The notes below the pieces were generated by a model. It was not told the origin of the DNA. It did no database searches and worked only from the letters and a program-made list of their open reading frames with translations. The translations under genes were made by a program, and so were the position numbers. Positions 37,100 through 51,600 of a stretch of 64,000 bases of DNA are shown one piece after another. This stretch comes from Blasia pusilla (lineage: Eukaryota): contig CM114271.1 of the NCBI GenBank assembly GCA_050084515.1, positions 16,492,001 through 16,556,000 on the forward strand, written 5' to 3'. Every line of letters starts with the position of its first letter. The first letter of the stretch is position 1.

Positions 37100-40000
37100 A
37101 CAAGTGTGAATTCTCATTTGATTATGACAAGGAAATTTCCATGAATTGTAATGCCCTGAACTTTATGCCCAAACATAGCATACCCAATTGTGAAGGGGAA
37201 CAATCCCTTCTAGAACTTGTTGTACCATCTATTTCTCAAACTTGCATAGTTTGTCCGCCTGACTTTCATAAGTTGCTCGCTTGATAAAATTTTTACAAAA
37301 ATTTCTTATAGTATGTTAGCATTATATACTACATTATGTACAATTGTTACATAGTCATTTTCATCATGACCTTTAAGATCAATATTGGATATCAAGAGAA
37401 TCTTACATCCAGGAGCAAGCAAGGACAATTGATGAAAGCTTGTATCTTCAAGCCATATATGAAAATACGGTTATAATTTGGTTGGATAACGACAAGTCAT
37501 GATGAATCTTGTCAAAGTCTTTCTTAATATCAATTTGTACGAGCCAAGTCAATGCCATCCATGAGTAACGGAGGTCTCGGAGGTCTTTATGAGTACAATA
37601 CCAACCTCTCTAGAAAAGCATCGTTGTGCAACCAAATTAAGAAGATCAATGCATGAACGATAAGAGGAGACTATTTGAGTGTCATAAGTGATGAAATCAA
37701 TGGCTTTATCTTCCTCAACAAAAAAATGCACCCAAAAGTGCATAAATATCATCATGTTGTGGAACATGTTCTTTGCTATCCATTAAAAATTGCAAAAGTA
37801 GAGTATCAACATAATGCTACAATGGCAAAGTAACTATATATGTCTCAACACTCTAGAATAGTGGAGAGAATGATATATGAAAAAGCTTACAAAAAGGAGT
37901 CCCATTATGTTCGCAAATTGGTAGCAATTGACATAAATCATCAATAAGAAAGATAAGCTTTGTGAAAAATAGTTGCAATGTGGAGAGGATGATGCCTTAT
38001 TTCTTCTTGTTGCAATTATATGTAGCAAGTGAGGTGTGGGCATGCTCCACTCATCAATGAAAACTACATGGGCGTTTTGTTATGAGTTATATTGGTTTGA
38101 TGCAATATGCATTAATTAAAAATATCCCTTTATGGGAATCCTAAAAGTTGAACGTAGGGTTGTCGCCTCAATGTGAAGTCTTACTGTAGCTATCCCAATG
38201 GTGGCGTCATGATGTATTTCACTAACTTTGATGGCCATTACTTTCTCATAAATGTTATGGAAAACATTTTCCCATAGCCTAGAGCTTTGAAGATGTGGAC
38301 AAGACCATGCCTTCTATCCTTGAGGGCTTCAAACATATGTGCATGATTATGCTATAGATTTAGAAATGCAAAATAGAGGTCCTTCCTTTAATATAGGTTA
38401 ATTGGTATTATGTTGTGTTAGGTTACTATATGGAAAAATTAATGACAATAGGTTGCATGCAATGCAAGTAGTGGATCTAAGATGACTAATACTTTGCCTA
38501 ATACCTTAGCTGTGTGGACATGACTCCAATAATTTTTAGTACATGCTTCCATAAAATTTCCCCAATGTATTCATTATAAGTCTATTAGTGACACTTCCCC
38601 TTATAAGCACATTCATCTACTTATGTCCAATCCTCTAATTTTGATGACATTATTTCTTATTCTAATCCAAAAGTAATGTTATGTAGTCGAACGTTGTAGA
38701 AGAAGTCATTCCACTCGTGCAATGGGTGGAACTCATTGTAGTGAACAACTCTTTGGGTCCTATATACTAGGCTACCAAGAAAGTCTATGCCAACAAACCG
38801 ACTTTTATTTGTAAGGTGGGATTCCAACTCATGTCTCCCAAAGTAATATACAAAAGTAAGATCAAATGATGATTAAGGGTCGTGGGAGTATAATACAATA
38901 GGATGTATGCAAAGTACAAATGAATTCCCTTATAAACTTGTATGTATATGTGGAGCACTTGAGTCCACATAACTTACTGATTGAGATTGGTATATAATAG
39001 CTATCGATAGCTTTAGATGAAACTACCCTATTTAGAACTTTACCACATATGATACGTTATCATATTTTATCAAGTCCTTCAAGGCCAAGGGCCTTTGTAG
39101 ACTTTGTGTTGATATCTAATGCACATCTTGGCTTAGATTTGAGTGTGTACATAATAAGATAATAAGACCAATCAATGTTTGTCACACGCTCTATATTCAT
39201 GTGTGCTCCCCACAATAGGAGAATCAAGGAGTGGTATGGAATTACATTTCTATGTTCTATACCTAGCATGTAATACTTCCACCTCATTGTGGTAGCATCA
39301 ATTGAAGGTTGCACTTCCATGTTTATGTCTATTGTAAAACCTAGCTTAGATAATGGAGTATGGGTTCTATTCTTCTAAACTACGCATACGCCTTGCTTGC
39401 ACTTGTGTAACTACTTTGAAACTACATAGTTGTGGAGTCATGGCTTGACAAAGGGATCACTCACTTAGCGAGGCAGGGATTGTGGTATGTAATGGAAAAT
39501 TTTAGATGTAACCATGTCTTATGGATTAAATCCAGACGATCATATGGTAGTCCAAGCTGCCATTTCCCCATAGATCATATGTGAGTAGTTCTCGCTTTAT
39601 ATTTCCAAAATATTTAAGGCCACCAAGTATGCAAGAATGCATGCAATCATATATGGAAAAACATTGCACACTCTACAAGAGCATCTTTTCATGTGAAGGC
39701 AAGATGGTTTTTGTAAGATATATTCTATGTCAATTACCTTAGGCCATTTTGTGTTTGAGATTTTTACTGAGGTTAGGGCCAAAAGAAAATGTGGTATTCC
39801 CCACTTCCTCGCTATAGTTGTCAAGTCTTGCAAATATCTTCAATTCCAAGCAAGAATTCATGGGATTTGGTTGCTAATAGAGTGCTTGCCAAGTTTTTCC
39901 TACAAGTTCTTGTATAATAATTTTGGGTTTTCTCTTAAGCATGTCTAAGTTGCAATCCAAAACATATACAGAGCCTTGTAGGAGATGCAAAAGCAATGGA

Positions 40001-40150
40001 CCGCCTAAGCTGAAGCATTATCATGGAGTAAGGCTTGGAGAGTATAAACACACTAAAGAGTTGCTTTGTGCATTGCCATAGATATCCATTGAAAGATCCA
40101 CTCCCAACATAATACCCATATAAGTAGGGAAAAGAAATGAGAAATAAAAA
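37100..40150 (-). pseudogene. Highly decayed second Helitron-like Rep-helicase of a different lineage (may extend to ~42700)
   Basis: WGIPHFLLALTS..KWP; GSLDYHMIVW (HUH-like); VIPYHSLILLLWGAHMNIERV..YYL..Y..K; FIDEWSM (Walker-B-like). Confidence 0.65.
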
Positions 40151-43100
40151 ATAAGTTGACTATGTGATGATACAAAATATGATACTTTGGGGTAAACAAA
40201 AGTTGTTAAGGGATGTACTATTGTTATTATTCAGAAATTTTGTGGACAAACTTTATTAAAAATAACAGAAGTCGTCAAAAAATAAAATAAACATTTATAT
40301 TCTAAACTATTAAAGAATGTTGAAATAGGAATTGTTTTTAGGGTGTAACTTTATCATGAGATGTCAGATGAGAATACTTCTTTGGCTTTACGAAAGAAGC
40401 GCCAAAGGCCGAAAATGGATCGTAGCTAGATTTTTGATAGCGAGTTTCTTATGAATTTGTGACATAAGTTACTCTTTTTTTTAGATAAAATAATCCACTA
40501 TTAAAGACTTACGATATTTGTCTCCTTTGCATGTGTATGTGATAGTGGACATCTTGCAATATATTAAGATCACTACCCTAAGGATCAAAACTCATGATGT
40601 CCTTTTTCTTGTGATGCTTCAATAATTTGCTCAAAAAATAGTGATGGAAAAATCACTAGACCTATGGTTGGGTTGGGAAGGTCATTGAGAGCTAGGTAGT
40701 TTTTATAGAGGGGATTTATCTTTAGCTTAACAAATGACACTTTCTTGACTATTGTGTAGAAGAAATTATTATTCATCCCCTCATCACCATGGCTATTCCA
40801 GCTTATTAGAAGATTGTTAAGTAAAGATGTCACACAAAAATATCCTTTGTGAAATCCATTATATTTTTTAATGGATATCAATGTGGGGATCAATAATGGA
40901 TAGTAGTTGTAGATAAACTGAATCAACTTCAAGAATGTCACGTATATGAGATGGTGTTATATATACTTTTGCTTTGTGCACAACCTACCCAACCACCACT
41001 AGTTATATATATGGAATGTTCATGGACGGTAAAATTTTGATCTTCATTTGACCATAGCATAGCGTATAAAGAGGATATATTCTTGTTGACAAATTGACAT
41101 TCTTGTCATAGATGACTTATTTCCATCACTAAAATAATAGAGTATCTCTTAATATCCACAACATTGCATTTGCTTTATTATCGTGGAGCAATAAAATTTC
41201 CAACCAAACAGAAGTCTCCCATCCACCAACCAATGTTGGATCAAAAGATTTGACCTGATACCTTCTAGAGGAACCAATAAATATCTTGCACATTATCCGT
41301 ATATAATGAATGGATTAATCCATCAATCAATGTGCTTCCACAAAATTAAGCCTACAATGTAAGCATACCATACGGAAAACAAATATCACAATATTGGTGG
41401 GTTGGTATGGATGTTATCTGTTATATCCCAATTTCACTAAGTCAAGTTATAGTCACCGAATGGCACTACAATAATATCATGAGCTCTTTGCATAATTGCA
41501 AAGTTCTTTGAATGAGAATATGAGAACGTGTCATAAAATTTGTATGGATGTTGGACAATATCACATGGAGATTTCATATTATCAATTTGGCTAGCATGTA
41601 TCATTGGGTTAAAGCACTGGCTAAAGATGGAACGTGCCATACATTTTCCCATTTGTAGTTGACACGCATGTTGCAAAAAACTAGCAAGAAACATGCCATG
41701 TATTAAATATGGAAAAGTTCTATTGGCTATCTATATCCTAAGTATAAAATCCCTAATAGGCTTTGTACATATTAAAAATTTCATATAACGCATTGTCCAG
41801 TGCATCACTTTGATCACATGCTTAAATCGAGCCATAGTATTATTTTTTCTACATCTTCGGATATCTCACAAGCTATAAAATGCAATCATTTTTCTATACA
41901 ACTATGCACATTTGTTGCATCTAGCAAAGGACTGATTACCATCAATCAGACCGAAGGTATCATGTAAGGAATGGATTCAAGCAACATTAACCATGCATTT
42001 TACAATCATAGCAACTTGGTGCTCATAAACAAGGCATGCACACAATAACTTACATTAAAAAAACTTAAGTGTGAGAGTGCAGTATTATCACCCACTTGAC
42101 TCCTTCAACACCTCAACAAAGTGTTCTATGACCCGAGTATCTGCAATATCATATGACACTCATGAACATGCAATCCAACAATAAAAAATAATCAATGTGC
42201 TTGAGTAAATATTTGACCTAAACAAAGGAACGCATGTAGAAATACATTGAACTCATAAGCTTTCACATAATATGTAGATATGTCAGCTCGTATCATCCTA
42301 CATAGATTGGAAGGCAAACTAAATGTCTCCCACTTCTTCGGCCTGTCTATCCTTAATTTCTTATTTTGATTGTTCTTAATCAATTGCTGCATACACTCCC
42401 TCCCCAACTATTTATGAAATTTTCATCTTTATATTTGAAGTCTTTTAAGCATCCATATACTTAATTTCCAAATCATTGGCCACCTTATTTTATTGCATTA
42501 CGGCCAAATAGTTCTGGCATGTATTTTGTAAGACACATCTCCTATTTTTAGTTGAATCATTTTCCCATCATTCCATTTCTACACTCCACCTCTTGCTTGA
42601 GATAAACAACCAAATTATCTTGCAATTGTTCATAACATTTGTGCTTGCCTATTATATTTTTCATGGTGTCGATCGGCTAAAGTAGGCTACATATATGCCA
42701 AACTCACCATGAAGACCAACCCACATAAAAGCACTATAGAAAAGTTTCACAGTTCACAAACAAGACATCACCACTAAGGAATTATGCTACTGTGTTTACA
42801 AAGAAATACGCAACTTAAATAGCGTGACTCTCATAGCCAAACGTACGCCAAGGTGGAACATCAAAAATCTATTGGGCTAATTCTAGGATGGTTGCCCCTT
42901 GGAGAGGTCTCTTGGAGGAGATATGAGATGTGAGACACATACAAGATTAAGTGTTTCACGTGTTATGGTCGTAACTTGAGAATCCTGAATCGAATGTGAA
43001 CCAAGACTCGAGAGGAGGCTAGTTTAGAAAGAGTGGGTTGGCAAGGAGGATGAGACCATAATTGGAGCTGGACTAGCCTTTGGGGTTGCACTCTGTTTTG

Positions 43101-43322
43101 GGTCATAAGGTTCAGACCCAAGATGCGTTTGGGATGAATAAGGTGGTATAGGGAAGCTTATGCAAGGCTAGTTCTATCTCAAGAAAGATCTAGACAAACA
43201 CATGAACAGAGGTCAAGATATCACTTGGAAACTTTTAGAAGGACAGTTGGATTGAGGGCCAAAAGGAGCGGCCCGAGGGGTCTTTCCCAAAGATAAGGAG
43301 AGGTTGCAGTCGCAGTAAGTAA

Positions 43323-45079
43323 GAAATGGAGATTACATCACATGGACGTCAAGAACGCCTTCTTGAATGGAGGTCTATACGAGGAGGTATATATGACTCA
43401 ACCACCTCGATACGAGCATCCCAAGTTTCCATTTCGCGTATGCAGGTTAAAGAAAGCTCTATACAAGCTCAAACAAGCTCCAAGAGCTTGGTATGGCAAG
43501 ATTACATACGTCCTACAAGAGCTGGGTTTTAGGATATGTGATTCTGACTCCTCGTTATATGTCTTGAGAGGACAAGATCATACAATTATCATTATATTGT
43601 ATGTTGACGATTTGTTGATTATTGGGAGTACTGAAGAAATGGTACAACAAGTCAAGCTTAAGTTACAAGGAGAATTTGATGTGAAGGACTTGGGAGAACT
43701 CAAGTACTTCCTTGGTATTGAGTTTATCAAGGTTGGAGAGAGCATGTGGTTACTACAACCACAATATGCTCTTCATATGCTTTCAAAATATGGTATGACG
43801 GCTTGTAAGCCAATCTCTATACCTTTGGACGAGAGCGTGAAGCTAAGAGTGGATGAAGGAGAACTGCTTGCAGATTCTAATATGTACATGCGCATGGTTG
43901 GAAGTTTGATCTATCTAACTATAACGAGACTAGATTTGAGCTATGCTGTTGGCCTAGTGAGCCAGTTTATGCAAGCACCTCGAAAACCTCACCTTGATGT
44001 TGTGAGGAGGATTATGCGATATGTGAAATTCTCTATTCAATTCAGGCTTCAATTTGAACCTTCTCTGAGTTTTTAATTACAGAGATTTACAGATGCTGAT
44101 TCGGTAGGAAGCGTGTCTGATCGACACTCCACATTTGGTTATTCATTTACTTTGGAAAGCGCAGCTATAAGTTGGGCTTCAAAGAAGCAACCTAGAGTTG
44201 CTTTACCTTCAACAGAGGCTGAATACAGAGGAGCAAACAATGCAGCATGTGAGGCGGCGTGGCTTCATCGATTACTTGTTGAGATTGGTATTAGTAACTT
44301 AGGACCTAGTGTAATATATGCAGGCAATATTAGTAGCATCAAGCTTGCTAGTAACCTTGTGTTTCATGCTCGTACAAAGCATGTTGAGGTACACTAACAT
44401 TTTATTAGAAAGAAAGTGCTTGCAGGAGAAATTGATCTTGTGTGTATAGGTACAGATTAGCAAATTGCTGACATCTTTACAAAGGCATTCTCTAGAGATA
44501 AGTTTGAGATGTTTAGAAAGGATTTAGGCATTAGAGATATCGATATGAGCTTGAGGGGGAGTATTGAAGATTGAGTTACAATCAAGCTAATGAGACATCT
44601 AAACTGCTGCATTTGGTATTCACACAAAGTAGGGAAGCTTAATCTTGGTTAGTCAGTTAAGTACGATTATCTTAACTAGTGTTAGTTAATCATAGTTAGT
44701 CTAACTTGAGACTATGGTTAAGGATAGGGTTAGGGTTGCTTGTACATACCATATATAATTGAGAAGAGGACCAGCCTCCACTCATTCTCTTATTGCAAAT
44801 TTCGTTCTCCATGGTGGTGTGTGTGTGTGAGAGCCCGTTTTCCACCAATTATGCTTGTTTAGCAGTTTTCCACATTCGTTCCTTGTAACCGGTCTTTGCA
44901 CAAAGACTATCTTCACTTTTCTTTACAAAGAAGCTTTTTCTTAGTCTTCATTGACAGTCTTTAATTTCCGTTCTTATCGCGGTCTTTTCTTAGGAAGCAC
45001 CCGCGCTTATTCTTCTTACTTCTTTTCCTGTCTTTTACACCATTCTCACTCTTCCAAAACAACCCTTAATCTTCTAACA
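43323..45079 (+). mobile_element. Ty1/Copia 3' fragment: RT, RNase H, PPT (44553-44561), 3' LTR (~44562-45079)
   Basis: [54 protein letters not shown] then TATTGAAG...CTTCTAACA. Confidence 0.9.
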
Positions 45080-45344
45080 TCTCTTGTCCTCTCATCAGAG
45101 TTCTATTAGTCACTATTCACACAATTTCGGTAAAGTAAGACTCTTTACTTGCGGTATTGAATCTTTAGTCCTTGCTCAAGGAAGACTCCTATACAAAACA
45201 TGCTCTTTCTGTCAAAATTTAAAAAACGTGGGCACTACATGGGCGTTGGAACATTTGTTTAAACACACATGTGAGAAGTAAAGGAAGCCAACAAGAAGGC
45301 CTACAAGGAAGGACTAAGAGGAAAATGGAGGCAATCAATGTGAT

Positions 45345-46095
45345 TACCTGTAGAATCTGACACGTTGGTAGACATTAGAAGTCAAGAAATGCTAGTGACG
45401 AAACAAGTGAAGAAAGATAATGAAAGAAAGGTAAGGCATTATCCTTCCATGCAACCTGTAGGAATCTGACAGGTTGCATGTCAAACGAAGGTTGATTATA
45501 AGAAGAACGTTAAGAAAGCCACTGAAAAATTGAAATAAGAACATAACATATATGTGAAAGCAAAGAAATGCAGGAAACTCTAAGGTTCCAATCAGACATT
45601 CAACCCATCAAAATTTGACAGGTTGCAAGACATGCTGAAAGAAAAATGAAACACCCATATGTTAGGAAGCATCCACGTTCCGTTCATTCAGACATGCAAC
45701 CCGTCGGAATCCGACAGGTTGCATCGCTTGCAACCTGTTAGAATCCGACACGTTGCATCGCTTGCAACCACTCAGAATCCGACAAGTTGCAAGGATTGTC
45801 TTAGTTTACGTTATCTTGCAATTTTCAAAATTTGACGGGTTGCAAGATGGTAGAACTAAAAATAAGATCAAACCAGAGTCTTTCAAAACCAAAAAGCTAA
45901 AAAAACAACTGCCACCCGTCGCGAGCTGCTACAACCGAATAGTAGAGTCCAAGAGAGCACACACACCACACCAAAAGAATAGAAGAACATCAAATGGGAA
46001 TTCGACGGGTTGAAGGTTGCAGTGAAAGTAGAGTTCCAAAAAGTAAGAAATGTTCAAGATATCTTCAGGCGACCTATCAATTTTTGACGGTTTGC
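45345..46095. repeat. Cluster of imperfect palindromic repeats (TGCAACCTGTCGGAATCCGACAGGTTGCA-like), 34-bp tandem units at 45695-45791
   Basis: Three tandem units plus dispersed copies near 45345, 45450, 45600, 45820, 46000, 46070. Confidence 0.8.
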
Positions 46096-46898
46096 TAAAA
46101 TTTTTGAGATCCATAATCGGATCTCTAATTTTTAAAATGCTCATATTTTTATGGATTTTAAACATTAGAGATCCGATTATGGATCTCAAAATTCCATGAT
46201 TTCTCTAATTTTAAAAATTTTATGGATTTTATGGATTTTAAAAATTAGAGATCCGATTCTGAAATTTTATGAATTTTATGAAACCCTAAAAATGCCTCCA
46301 TAAAATTTCAGAATCGGATCTCTAAAATAACATCAAACCATGAGCATGAAGAAAAGTTGGTGCAAAAAAATTAATTCCTTTATTACAAATCATTTGCAAA
46401 TTGGCTATTTTCATTTCATTTCCTGAACAAGAAATTCTAGTCTATGATCGCTTCAGCCTCGTCATCTATAAAAATATTCCTAACTCTTGCCGGTTCCTCT
46501 AAAAGGCACTTCTCTTGGCTATTAAGTGGCTCCTCTACACGATTGTAGATGGGAAAAGACAAAGAAGGAGAATCTTAGAGCCTTTTCCTCCTTGGAACCC
46601 CATATTGGTCCCATGTGACCCGAGAAAAGTCCCAACGCCTCCCCCAAAAGGTGATTTTGAAGGCTCTACAAAGGGACACCCATCCATAATTGATATATGC
46701 TTCTGTGCTTCAACTAGTACATTCCAACCCCAAAACGCTTGAAATCCAAGGCACCTACACTCACTCGTCATCATCCGAGAGCTCCTCTAGAATCATCGGT
46801 GGCCTTGCTATCCTGATTTTTGGGATCACTGGTAGTGACGATGGCGTCACAACCAATGGCTATGCTGTAGGTTCATTAACCCGTGGAGGCGACTCTTG

Positions 46899-47470
46899 GA
46901 TGACTTTTTCATTTTGCAAAAGCTAGAGCTTACCTTGGCTCGTTGCCGAGAGGTGCAGTTGTCTTTGCACCCGGAGAAGCCTTACATTGCAATGAAGCAG
47001 GATATCCTATTGGGCCATCGGTTGTCTTCGCGCGGTATTGAAGTGGATAAGGCTAAAGTGGAGATAATTTTGGAGTTGGAAGCTCATACAAATCTTCGTG
47101 AGCTAAGAGGTTTCTTAGGGCATGTGGGGTACTATTGACGATTTCTTAAAGATTACACACAAGGCGAAGCCTTTAACTACCCTACTAAAGAAGACCGAGG
47201 AGTGGGAGTGGTTGCCAGCATGTTAGACGACATTCGAGGAGTTGAAGTAGGCGCAGATGACAGCTCTTGTGCACCGTCCTCCAGAGTGGACGAAAACATT
47301 CTAGGTGTATGTAGACACCTCTTTGTTTGCTATTGGTATAGTACTAAGTCAGTTAGATGAGAAGAAAAGGGATTACCCTATCTATTATGCAAGTCGGAAA
47401 CTCTTGGTGGCAGAGCAGAAGTACACTACTACGGAGAGGGAGGCCTTAGGAATGGTCTTTTCTTGCAAGG
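46899..47470 (+). pseudogene. Gypsy RT/RNase H fragment
   Basis: MDDF; ILLGHRLSSRGIEVDKAKV; LRGFLGHVGYY; YVDTSLFAIGIVLSQ; YTTTEREALGMVF. Confidence 0.85.
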
Positions 47471-48540
47471 ATGGTGCCTACTGCACGTGAGAAACAACGT
47501 ATGCCTCCATGGCTCATGTCTTCCATCTCCTGCCAAGTGACACTACCTCCGTCTCCGATCTTGTCATCAGACCAACTCTCTAGAGATGACGATCCACCTA
47601 CGGATGGAAGTCAAGGTGGCTCCTTGATCGTAACCCCTCAATATCTCACTCCACTCTGTGTCACACCACCACTACTGCTCAAACTACCTCGTTCTTCCAA
47701 CCCCTGGAAGAATGCTGTTGTGACAACCTTGTCTCACCTGCTAAAACACTCAGACTCACCAGAGTCTCCCGCGCTCCTCACTAGGTCACCTATGCTAATG
47801 GTAACCCCGTGATGACACACTCGGCCTTACGCACACTCAACACTCTGGCTCACCCTGAGCCTACCGACTATCTCACCTAATCACCAACATACGCTTGGAT
47901 CATATGTCAATTGCCGAGTAGGGGTCCAAAACCGCCATACAAACATGATAAACATGAAAGAAATATCCACTCGTCACCATAACTGAACCCATCTTGCACC
48001 TGCTACTACGTGATCCAGCACCCTCACTAACACAAGACAAGTGCGGGAAAAGGGACTCGAATGGGTAACATAAATACTCCCGCCATCAACCTAGTGCACG
48101 ATCAACCCTGACTTCTCCATGTGGTATGTCAACCTCAGCAGCACAACCTCTCATCGCACAACAAATCGATCTTCCCATCAACAGACGCAGACTACACGTC
48201 AGCCTCAGCATACGACCACTCCATCGTCAACTCTTCGGCGTTGGGGATCCATCTCATCCCCAACCACGTAACTCATCTACTATGGTTAGCTTCCTTCAAC
48301 CATGTACATCGTCCCAACCTGGTAGCCTGGTCACCATGCCAGCCTTACCATGTCGTCTGGACCTACCGCGTAACCAGCTTTATTCCGTCCGGATAAACGG
48401 AACCGCATACCTTGAGCCTACCTCGACCGACTCCATCCCCAAACTCAGACACGCCGCCCTATGCGGCAACGCCCCTCCCCCTTCTTTCGATCCCGCTTCC
48501 CCATGCGTGGCCTTTCCCCCACTCCCAACTTAGCTGAATC
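47471..48540 (-). mobile_element. Diverged relative of the PHD-Gypsy family: leader and gag N-terminus fragment
   Basis: Minus-strand EMEDMSHGGIRCFSRAVGTI resembles copy-2 gag EMDDRGRGPRRFSGAVGTI; GGGAAAAGGGACTCGAATGGGTAAC (~48044) resembles GGGTAAAGGACCAGAATGGGTAAC (~9497); right boundary uncertain. Confidence 0.6.
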
Positions 48541-48617
48541 TCCAACGCATCCCCCCAAGGCACGTCCTTCCTTCCTCCTTCACGTCTGAGGCCCCTCCGT
48601 CTAACCCAATGTTTTCA

Positions 48618-51600
48618 CAGATCCGGGGTCGCGAGAAGTGCCATCCGGTAGTTTTTGCGATTTTCCGTTTGGGTCAGCAAAGTTCCGGCAGGGTTTCCGG
48701 TGAGTGACAGGGCCAATCCGGCAAGTGACGGTGCTACTAGAGGAATGACGGAAAGTATCCCCATTCCGGCAGAGAGTCATCGGGATATAGCCGCTGTCCG
48801 TCTGAAATCAGCAGAAACCGACGGCTCCCTACAATGAGCCTCCCGGAATACTGCCGATTTGAATTTTGATGGCCGGCTATTTTAAGGCTTACCTGGCAAG
48901 GGGGGATTGGAGGAGACAGCTGATGGTTGGATGAGAATTCCAAAGGCATAGCAGATCATCACCTTCAAATTTGGGGGAAGGATTTCAAACCCTAGCCCTT
49001 CGCTCTTTCTCCTAAGGTTGTAGCCGTTCAACTCAAATCCAACGGCTTCAACAGAAGATTTCCAAGGGGCAGCCCAAGACGGGAAGGCAGAGGCGACACG
49101 GCTGGGGCCGCTGGGTGACAAGCATATGGGGCCATGGGGTAGTACCCTCAGACCAAGCCCTCCCGAGCTCATTCCTCACTATTTTCTCTTCGACTCCTCT
49201 GCTCTCTCCCCGACTCCGAGGCTCCAACTCCCCGCACTCTCCATAGCTTTGATTATGTTCGTGATTCTGCTTGATCTGCTGCTCTCTCCTCGCTCCGCTC
49301 GCTGCTCTCTCCCCGACTCCACTGAGTCCCCTGCTCCTCTCTCCCACTCCCCGCACGGCCCGCAACTTTACCTCTCCCCGAAGGATCCAAAAGTTTTGAC
49401 TCCATTGCTGCTCGATGACGCTGATACTCGCTCAATTGCGCAACACAGATACTTACTCGAGTCAGGACTCCTCACTCCCTGACTCTGCTCAGTTCGCTGC
49501 TCCCCAAACTCCAAGTACCCGTGTCTCCGCAACTCTGATTCTCCCAGAAGGACCCGACTTCGTTGCTGCTCGACGATGCATAGATTTTTGCTACGCTCTG
49601 AAGTCTAGACTCCTCCCTCTTCGTAGCTGATCATCATTTTCTCATTGCTGACTTCGAAGCAGTCCACAACAAACCTGCATTGAAGCAGGTCGTCTTCTCT
49701 TAGACTCTGCGAGTTTGTATGTGTGCAGCATATTTGTGCGCTTCCCAGCTTGTTTTCTCTCCGCTCCGTACACTATCTTCAGTTCGTTGCTCTTCTATGT
49801 TGGCTCCCCAACATACTCTGCACATTGGCTCCCAAATCGGCAACTCATGTTTGTAGTTACGAAGTTTTGGCTTTCGGGAGCTCCACGGCTAGCTGCAACT
49901 GCTCTTCATTACAAAGCCGTAGCTTCGTTGAGCTCGAGACTAGGCTGTTCTCCAGGTTGGGCTCCGTGACTCCGTAGGCTGTTCTCCTGGACTCGGCAGC
50001 GGTGCCTTCTCTCTTAGCTGCCCGGCTTCATGACAGTCCGGCTCTAAGGAAGTTCTAAAGTGCCAGCATCTTTGCCATGTTTGCGCAGCTTTGTGACTCC
50101 GCTCAATCGTTCTCAATTTTCGTTCTTAGTTTTTGTTACTATGCATATTTGGCTGAGTTTGTGACTCCCTGAGAACCGCTCATCGAGAACCGCTCAGGCG
50201 CCACCTAGTGCCCACTATTTGGAAATCTTCTTGGGGAATGAGTTTGAATCTTTCGGAGATCTACGCATGTTGCATTTCTTCCATAGCTACCTCTCTATAC
50301 TAGCTTTGCACAAGCCTTTGTTGTGAATTTGCTTCTATAAACATTGTCTGATTCAGGGTTCATTTAGACAGATTGATTCACATGCGTGTCTAGTTCACCG
50401 GTTATTATGGCCAAGAGACAAAAGACGTTGAGTTCATTCTTAGATAAGGGACCTCGAAACGATGTGCCAGATATTATTGCATTATTGCTCATCCGATGAT
50501 AAAGATGAACAACCTACGTCAGGTAGTAGTCGATCCTTCCCTGAAAATGTTCGCATTGCGTGGAAGGATGTGTGGTACTCAATGTATGATTGGATTGATT
50601 ATGATTCAGGTCTTGGTAGGATTTTCTGTAAAGTCTATAGGAAGGGGAAGGGGAAGGGGAAGAGTGCTTTTGCTAAAGATGGGGCAATTGATTGCAAAGT
50701 CTCTGCGTTCACTGACCACGCCAAGTCCAATGAGCATATCAAGCTCTTATGGGCTGCTAATGGAGGTAAGAAGTTGATGGCTAAGGCCATTGCGACCACA
50801 AACCACAAACCGGACCTATGAAGTAGCCCTCCTAACATTGTTCAAGTGTGCATACTTCCTTGCGAAGGAGGCTATGACATTTCTGAGATCTCCCAATCTG
50901 TGTAAGTTATTGCTTTCTGTAAACGCACCTAGTACAAGATGAAAGGAGTTGCAGCGAAATGTCTTATTTCATCAGCCAAGTCTTGCTAAGAAGAACTCTT
51001 TCAAGAGTTCAGGCTTCTCCCTTTTTTGGTATTAGGATTGATGAGTCCACAGACATATGTGTTTCTGGTCATTTAGTTGTGTTTGCCACTTTCATTGAAG
51101 ACGGACAGGTAGAGTGTTGTTTTCTCGGATTACTTCAATGTGAGTCAAAGTCTTCAAACGCTATTACTGAAATGTTGCTGCAACTCATCAAGGATGGAGG
51201 GTTGGAATTCTCCAAAATGGTTGTCTTTGGCTCTGATGGTGCCTCGACAATGGTAGGTATCCAGACAGGGGTAGCTTCACAAATGAAGCAAAAGGTGAAC
51301 CCCTATATTCTATCTGTTCATTGTGTCGCTCATAAGACAAATTTTGCTGCTTTGTCTGCTGCAAAAGTTGTTGATTGCAAGGCAATCTCTAGTGAAGTGG
51401 ATCCCATTCTCAATTTTGTTGTTGGTTACTTCAGGAGGTCCTCCAAAAGGAGAACACTTCTGTCCACTTTGCAGGAAAAGTTCAATAATTCCAAGCGAGT
51501 GATGAAGAGATACCATAAAATTCGTTGGTTATCTCAATGGCAAGCCGTTTCCACATTGTGTGATTCTCTAGAATCAGTGTTGATTTATTTTAGGGACATT

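Noticed and set aside
45695-45791. CRISPR-like palindromic repeats
   Set aside because: Units are contiguous with a constant 5-bp linker, there are no unique spacers or cas genes, and the context is eukaryotic
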